In this document: in pieces, positions 57,317 through 64,000 of the stretch
How the letters are laid out: each line of letters opens with the position of its first letter
Position numbering within the stretch: the first letter of the stretch is position 1
Assembly: GCA_964016885.1 (NCBI GenBank)
Contig: OZ024743.1
Coordinates: 195,052,001 to 195,116,000 of the forward strand
Reading direction: 5' to 3'
Source: Eledone cirrhosa
Lineage: Eukaryota
DNA length: 64,000 nucleotides
Position numbers and translations under genes: made by a program
The notes under the pieces: generated by a model
What the model was told of the DNA's origin: nothing
Seen by the model: only the letters and a program-made list of their open reading frames with translations
Database searches by the model: none

Positions 57317-57397
57317 TAACGCATTACACACAATCACCTCATGTGTAATATAAAAAAGCTAATTATAATTTTTTGAACAAGATTCTGTCATTTTTTA

Positions 57398-57625
57398 TGA
57401 GAGCGATTCTACGATACTATGGCTTTGTGAACAGAATGTCTCAGCAAAGAATCGCTTGGCAGATTTTACGGACAAAACCAACCGAAAGGAAACCCAATGG
57501 TAGACCACGAGCAACATGGGTGTATAACATCCATTAGCTCGGCTGGTCCCAGCCGGATTAGTTGGAGGGGGTTGCTTATGACAGGACCCACCAGAGGGAG
57601 TGTTTGAGGTATCTATTCCCAGTAA
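57398..57625 (+). mobile_element. RTE-like LINE 3' fragment
   Basis: ILRYYGFVNRMSQQRIAWQILRTKPTERKPNGRPRATWVYNI, ending in (aag)n. Confidence 0.7.
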
Positions 57626-58333
57626 TATGCGGAGTAAGAAGAAGAATGTTCTAATCGTGAGTATTTATTTTCGTATTTCACACTCCAGCGGTAACTGGAA
57701 TATATCTATTCGACAATGAGATTTTTCGCATACTGCAGATTTTGATTTATCTGCATCAAGTTGACACCTAATTAAAATGCTCGGATCTATTCATTGGAAT
57801 ATTGGAGCATACTCTACAGTGGATATGGTGCATGTCTCTCTGACATGACACCCTTAATTTAATTGTGGATATATATACGGCCCCTTAATTGTAGAGCTAA
57901 GTCAGTTGAAAGGACTTGGCTGCTATTTCTAATTGTCGATATCCCTATTCACGCCACTGGGATGACGCTGGTACGATGCGTGTATTTTTAAAAAATGCAA
58001 CATGTGTTGCTTGTCATTCGCAGATTTGGATTTGCTGTGTAAACATAGCTAGTTAAAACTTCTCCCTTGTTGAGAATCCGTATTTGGCTAATGTGGTTTA
58101 TCGATCAATTGATGGTGAAATATATTTCTTTAATGAAATATACACAAGGAAGATTAATTAATTTATAAGGTATCTATATTTAAAGTTCTAGTACATTTTA
58201 ATTAGTTACCTACCTAGCTATGTGTGCTTACACACTTTTTTTAATTATTCCCAGTGATTGTTTCATATGTTTATTCTATATATATATATATATGTCAATC
58301 AATTTGTAGTTGATATATATATATATATATTTA

Positions 58334-58444
<111 letters not shown>

Positions 58445-58456
58445 TTGTATGTGTGT

Positions 58457-59070
58457 GTATGTATAGAAATGTGTATTTCTGAAGAAATACGGTTTTAAGA
58501 AGCCGTAGCTATGCAAACACCGGGGCTAACGCCCTCTCGTGGTGTCCAGCAGAAGCAAGGGGGACAACCGTCTATGCACTTCAGGCTTGACTGGCCTTCG
58601 TCAGGACAGTCCCTCTCACCGTTTACTACTACCTGGACTTGAAAACAGTCGAGAATATATAGTTTTCTCGTCTGTGTAAATGAGGTGATTAATCTCATTT
58701 GCATATGAAGCTGCATATTGTATAAAGCTGTGCTTGAAGCGAAATCTTATTTCTTTTCTATTATAAGTTGAGGCAACTTATGCAGCTTCATATGCAAATG
58801 AGATTAATCACCTCATTTACACAGACGAGAAAACTATATATTCTCGACTGTTTTCAAATTTGCATAGCTACAGCTTCCGAAAACAGTATCTCTTAGAAAT
58901 ACGAAATTTCTATACATATTGTATAAAGCTATGCTTGAAGAAAAATTTTATTTTTCTTCTCTCTTTCTCTCTCTCTATATATATATTATCTGACGAGGAC
59001 GTATTGAAAAAACAACACAGTACCTTTGAAATATATATAATAAAACATATATTTTGATTATGTGAATATC
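58457..59070. mobile_element. Rearranged non-coding repeat with nested inversions and a decayed hammerhead
   Basis: 58457-58516 is the reverse complement of 58859-58918. 58640-58717 is the reverse complement of 58779-58856. 58716-58750 resembles 58917-58955. CTGACGA...GAAA tata at 58990-59040. Confidence 0.7.
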
Positions 59071-59280
59071 TTCATTTAATAATATTCTGAATAATATTAA
59101 TAACTCCAAAAATCTTTTTTCTTGTAGAGTGCTTTTAATCTATTGTAAAACTATATTAATTGAGTAATCAATGAACCATATTAATCGTCGGTTATATATA
59201 TATATATATATAATGTATATACATATATAATATTTATATATATATATATAAGGGTTATCATATACATAAAATTAAAATTA

Positions 59281-59934
59281 AACTAAAGATATATATATGT
59301 TGCAACTGTTCACTTTTAAGTTCTATGAAGAATTAATAAATTAAAATCAATTCTTCATAGAGCTTAAAAGTGAACAGTTGCAACATATATATATCTTTAG
59401 TTGAGATTAAATTTGGCGATATATGGCTGCGCTTTCTAGCAGCAAGCCTACCCGCCGTAAGCAACCAATCACACTCTTTCTCTCTGGCTGGAACACAGCT
59501 ACATAGCGATTTAGCCATTTTTTAATCTAAATTTGGCGCGATCGGATTGAAAAACTAAATGTCTGATTTTGAGTTTATCCCCTGATGAAACTAACTCTGG
59601 AATTCCATATTATTTGGATGTCCTAAATAAGGAAGAAACCATGGTAGGGATATAATTACGGTATGTGCGCATTTCTTCTAAGTTTAATTTTACTACTAAT
59701 TGTGTGTGGTTGATGGTATATTTGGTCGAAGTCTGCATGCTGTCGAAATGTTCGATAAATAATGGAACGGGTCTGCCGCGAAGGGGCTACGGTCGATTGT
59801 TTGTCAGAAATTTCCCCATAAGAAAATTTATTCTTAAAGCTTGCTAGATTTGATTTTGTATATCGTTAATTATGCTAATTAGAAGAAGAAATAGTATATA
59901 TTTTAATATATGATGATTCTAAAGACATGATTTA

Positions 59935-59935
<1 letters not shown>
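59281..59935 (+). mobile_element. Non-coding element starting with a 120-bp palindrome, hammerhead-bearing, between (TA)n tracts
   Basis: 59281-59402 folds back with ~53-bp arms. Hammerhead at 59576-59652. Confidence 0.7.
59576..59652 (+). ncRNA. Type I hammerhead ribozyme
   Basis: tatccc CTGATGA (14-nt insert) ttcc..ttatttgga..tcctaaataa ggaa GAAA ccatgg TA gggata. Confidence 0.75.
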
Positions 59936-59973
<38 letters not shown>

Positions 59974-60193
59974 ATTGCAAGAAACGTGGGGGTAGGGGAT
60001 ATAAGACGTACATAACATTAGTTTTGATAAACCTAAAAAAATTACCAGAAGAAAAGACAAAGAACAGAATAAAGGCAAAATGAAAAACAATTTTTACGGG
60101 GCAACCTTAAAAAATTGTTTTACATTTTGCCTAGTTTCCGTTCGTTGTCTTTTCTTCTGTTAATTTTGTTCAGTTCCTCATTACACAGACACT

Positions 60194-60226
<33 letters not shown>

Positions 60227-60820
60227 GCGCGCGCGCATACACACACACCCATATATATATATATATATTCTCAACAATAAAGATGAACAGACCTTCTTCA
60301 ACACTTATTTTTAAATTTTAAATTCTTTTTAATTGTAATATTCAATATTTGAGAAGATGGGTCACACCGATGCATCGAACCGTTTACATTTTATATATAT
60401 TATAAACTCCTTTTTTTTAAATAAAAATTGTTCCTCTCATTTTTTTCAATGTCACTTTGATGAATCAAAGAAGAAAAACAAACTGATTCTTTAAATATAA
60501 ACTCTGTGCTGTTTCCAATTCCACTTTTTCTCTATAACCTCTGTTTTGTATAGAACCTTATTCCCTTTTCACACACATATATATAGAGAGAGAGACTTCA
60601 AGGACACAACAAACAGAAGTACAAACATTTTATTAGTTTCAAGCTTTATATTGGAAAGAGGAAAGAAAGTTCGACGTGTCAAGCGTAAGCCGTTCTTCAG
60701 GAGTACAAAATAGAGACAGGATCACAATGGAGAAACAGAAAACTGGACCAGTAAAGAGATTAAAAAACATAAATGAAGCGGGGTAAAAATAAAACCGTTA
60801 GGTAGTCTTATATACATATG

Positions 60821-60892
<72 letters not shown>

Positions 60893-60939
60893 TATCTATA
60901 TATATATATACATATATATATATATACATGTATATATAA

Positions 60940-62740
60940 ATATCTTTAAGTCGTTTGGAAGCCTCGACAATGCAAATGGGTAAATCTCCGGGTAACAAGG
61001 TCCGGTGGTGGAGAAAGAGATGTAATTGGGTGTACGTTGAGATGCGTGGTGTGTATAAGATGTGTGAGATGTGTAGAATGAGGGAAGAGTATAAAGGTTA
61101 AAATAAAAATAACAACACAAGAGAGAGTTACCTTGGGAGAGATTTAATAGTCCCTATATATTTCGGATTCACATCCATCAACTGGGGTATTTTTCCGGGG
61201 TGGGGGAAAAGGTTGTCTGTCGGACAAGTCCGGAAGGTGTCTTTCGCTGTTTGTTGTTTTGAATATCTGAGGTATTCGGCAGAGCGCGCGTGCGCGTGAA
61301 ATGGGGTCGGTCGTACAGAGGTCAGCGGCCGAATGAGGGAGTGGGATGGCGCTAGCTGTCAGTCCATTCCCTGCCTGTTTGTTAAATATTACTGTATGTG
61401 TGTTTGCGTGTGTTGTCTCGCTTGAGTGTGTGTGTGTGTGTGTGTGTGTTGTTGCCTTGTTCATCTGTATTGGCAGTGTAGTATGTTCGTATGGTGGAAT
61501 GCTACTGGGTGTGTGTGTGTGTGTGTAGTTGTCTCGTTTGCGTGTGTGTGTGTGTGTGCGTTTGTTGTGTGTTGTTGCATCGCTTGTTAACCAGCCATTC
61601 CATTTCGCTTCTCTCTGATCGGTTGTTTATTTGCGGTTGCAGTCGTTTGATAAGAAGCGCTTCCTTGATACGTAACGTGCTGACGTTTCTTTCAGTCGCT
61701 AGAATTGTGACAATGGGCCTTCCGTCTTTGTTTCCGCATTTGTCTATGTGTTTCCGGAAAGACGAGGCCCTGGTTTTAGTGTGTTCCTTGATCCGGATGT
61801 GCAAAGGTCGAATTGTGCTACCTATGTAGTATTGGTTGCACCTGTCACATTCTATCTTATACACGACGTATGTGCGTAGGCAACAGTTAGCATAGCGTAT
61901 CGGGCAGTCTCTGAGGGAGCATACGTCAGTAGATTTTTCGGGTTTCCTGGAGAGGCATCTTCGCAGGGAGGGGACCGAGTGGGCCAGGTGGATGTCGAGG
62001 CCCTCCCTCCGTATAGCCTTGCGGATAGCGTTGGTGGTTTTCTCGCCCAGGTGTGGCATTTTAAGGAAGCACTTGCCTTGGGTGCTTCTCTGTCTCTTGC
62101 GTCTGGTGTCTCCTATTCTGTCTGTGATCGAGGTAGGGTACCCGTTCGTCTCCAGCACCTCGAAGTATCGCTTGGTATGAGTGACACCTCTCGCAGGATC
62201 GCTGCATCTGTTTTTGATTCGCGTGATCTCGTTCGTGATGTATCCTCTTTTGGCACTGTTAGGGAGGGCGGACTTGTAGTGAACGAATAGGTCCCTGCAG
62301 GCTGCCATTCTGTAGAAGTTGCAGTGGATCCCTCCTTGTTCCGTGATGTTGATTTGGAAGTCGAGGAGGGCAAGTGACTCGTCTTCGTTGGGGTGTTCAA
62401 CACTGAAGTCAATGTTCTCGTCCGTGTTGTTGAACGTCTCATAGATTCTGTTCGCCGTGTCTTGGGAAGATGTTAGGATGAGGATATCGTCCACGTATCT
62501 TGAGAAAAAGGCTACGGCGTTGGGGTGGCAGGCGTTGAGTGCCTTGCGTTCGAGGTTGTCCATGTAGGAGATCGCTAGCACACCTGATAGGCTTGATCCC
62601 ATGGGCAATCCCGAGGTTTGTTGGTATATTTGGTCAAGGAATCCGAAGTAGGTGTTGTCGACGACGATGGACAGGAGTTGGTGGATGTCAGTGGTGGTGA
62701 GCCCGAAGCAGTGTAGGTCAGTGGATTGGTGGATTGGTGG
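60940..62740 (-). mobile_element. Penelope-like element, 5'-truncated, relatively young
   Basis: Coding region plus a 3' region homologous to 26161-27365. Embedded in (TA)/(CA) microsatellites. Confidence 0.93.
61502..62740 (-). CDS. PLE RT (C-terminal half) + Cys linker + GIY-YIG endonuclease, uninterrupted frame
   Basis: [31 protein letters not shown]...[21 protein letters not shown]...PQIN. The first ~54 aa and the last ~25 aa of the listed 466-aa ORF are microsatellite read-through. Confidence 0.92.
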   Translation of the reverse strand, partial: PPIHQSTDLHCFGLTTTDIHQLLSIVVDNTYFGFLDQIYQQTSGLPMGSSLSGVLAISYMDNLERKALNACHPNAVAFFSRYVDDILILTSSQDTANRIYETFNNTDENIDFSVEHPNEDESLALLDFQINITEQGGIHCNFYRMAACRDLFVHYKSALPNSAKRGYITNEITRIKNRCSDPARGVTHTKRYFEVLETNGYPTSITDRIGDTRRKRQRSTQGKCFLKMPHLGEKTTNAIRKAIRREGLDIHLAHSVPSLRRCLSRKPEKSTDVCSLRDCPIRYANCCLRTYVVYKIECDRCNQYYIGSTIRPLHIRIKEHTKTRASSFRKHIDKCGNKDGRPIVTILATERNVSTLRIKEALLIKRLQPQINNRSERSEMEWLVNKRCNNTQQTHTHTHTQTRQLHTHTHTQ

Positions 62741-62782
62741 ATGTATATATATATACACACACACACATATATATATATGTAC

Positions 62783-62813
<31 letters not shown>

Positions 62814-62866
62814 CACATATATATATATATACACATATATATATATACATGTATATACACACACAG

Positions 62867-62899
<33 letters not shown>

Positions 62900-62904
62900 C
62901 ATAT

Positions 62905-63384
62905 ATAGTAGAAAGGAAAAATATTCTTTCAGTAGAAAATGTTGAAGAGATTTTTTTTCAGTGAGATATCAAAACAATAATTTATTTACATTACCTGTTT
63001 CAGCACTAAATGCATTGTCGATTGCGTATCTGCAGAATATTGTTAAGTTGCATATTTGTACAAATAGTGATAATAATAATAATGAAGAAAATGAAAATAA
63101 AAAGGGGCAGAAAATTTAATTTTCACATACATATTCATTCAGGGAAGAGAGGTCATTTCTCTGTCCATCCTACTCTGCTTCTAGCTTGGTTGTGACAGGT
63201 AAAATTAGAGGGTAGTGGGAGGAGGGGAGAGGAGATGAGGAAGGAGGAGTATCAGCAGGCTGCTGCGAGAAGCCCTTTGAGGAGTGGATGCAACCGGTAT
63301 TGTAGATAAATTAACATTTGATATCTCACTGAAAAAATATCTCCAAGATTTTCTACTGAATGAATCTTTTTCCTTTCTACTATT
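62905..63384. repeat. ~68-bp inverted repeat pair (62905-62972 / 63317-63384) bounding a non-coding insert
   Basis: tagtagaaaggaaaaa...cagtgagatatcaaa versus tttgatatctcactg...tttttcctttctacta. Confidence 0.75.
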
Positions 63385-63442
63385 TGTTTTTATATATATC
63401 AACTCGTGTGTTCCTTTTCTACATTCGATATATATATATATT

Positions 63443-63473
<31 letters not shown>

Positions 63474-63704
63474 GCGTGCGTGTGTGTGTGTAATAGATAT
63501 AAACACCCACGTGCTTTCTCTTCCCTCAATTTATTTCCGTCTTCACCTACTTAGTATCGTCTCTCTTTCTATTTTTTCTTTTATTTCTTATTATATCTTC
63601 TGAAGAAGGCTAACGTACGAAAAATTACCTGCTTTCGTACAATATCACGTGTTACACTTATACATATCGTCATTCTACCCTATTGCTCTTCTGTGTTGGT
63701 TACT

Positions 63705-63820
63705 ATAGAAATGGCTTTTACGGTACTAGAACTGTTTTATTTTTTTTTAAATCCTGAGGAAAGCCTGATGATTTCTTTTGAATGAAACAGTTCTAGTCCC
63801 GTAGAAACCACTTCTACAAT
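63705..63820. repeat. Imperfect fold-back (~33-bp arms)
   Basis: tagaaatggcttttacggtactagaactgtttt versus aaacagttctagtcccgtagaaaccacttcta. Confidence 0.7.
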
Positions 63821-63928
63821 ATATTAAACATGATTTTTAGACTCTACTAATATATTGAATACCTTACTGTGTTTACCTCTCGAGTGAACCCATAACTCAT
63901 CTATCCATCTATCTATCTATCTATCTAT

Positions 63929-64000
63929 GGTTCTGGACCTTGGCAGTGGTGAAGGCGGAGCGTTTAGGTTGGTAGCCTTTCGGGTCAATGCGGCCGGACT
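63929..64000 (+). mobile_element. Start of another 5'-truncated Tx1-like copy, cut by the window end
   Basis: Translates VLDLGSGEGGAFRLVA, homologous to VLDVTSGDGQAFRLVA at ~45110-45155. Confidence 0.65.

Noticed and set aside
63270-63350. TTGAGGA gtg...cac tGAAA hammerhead-like remnant
   Set aside because: C3 is altered and stems I and III are unconvincing.
63760-63800. CTGATGA-ttc/gaa-GAAA...GTC hammerhead candidate
   Set aside because: Stem I does not pair (aagc versus ccgt).

Overview
AT-rich eukaryotic DNA that is almost entirely repeats. The SINE family and the microsatellite load suggest an octopod cephalopod (inference). I found no supportable host gene, and most listed ORFs are microsatellite artefacts. 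Contents: a decayed Tc1/mariner (maT-like) transposon, RTE and CR1-like LINE fragments, about 9 copies of a tRNA-derived SINE, at least four Penelope-like element (PLE) copies, non-autonomous Helitrons (one exact tandem dimer), and an ~18-kb pile (37.8-55.7 kb) of Dong/R4-type and Tx1-type LINEs plus SINEs separated by (ATT)n. Two systems stand out. (1) Several sequence-unrelated NON-CODING units of ~430-620 bp sit in (TA)n tracts in PLE-style partial-tandem and/or inverted geometry. Most carry a type I hammerhead ribozyme, and compensatory base changes are visible between copies, so they look like retrozyme-like non-autonomous PLE passengers. About 15 complete or decayed hammerhead motifs were seen, including a non-canonical core shared by two PLE copies. 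(2) In the (ATT)n array every Dong is on the minus strand and every Tx1/SINE on the plus strand, with repeated head-to-head junctions and similar SINE/Tx1 3' ends. All alignments and folds were done by eye, so coordinates may be off by a few bases.
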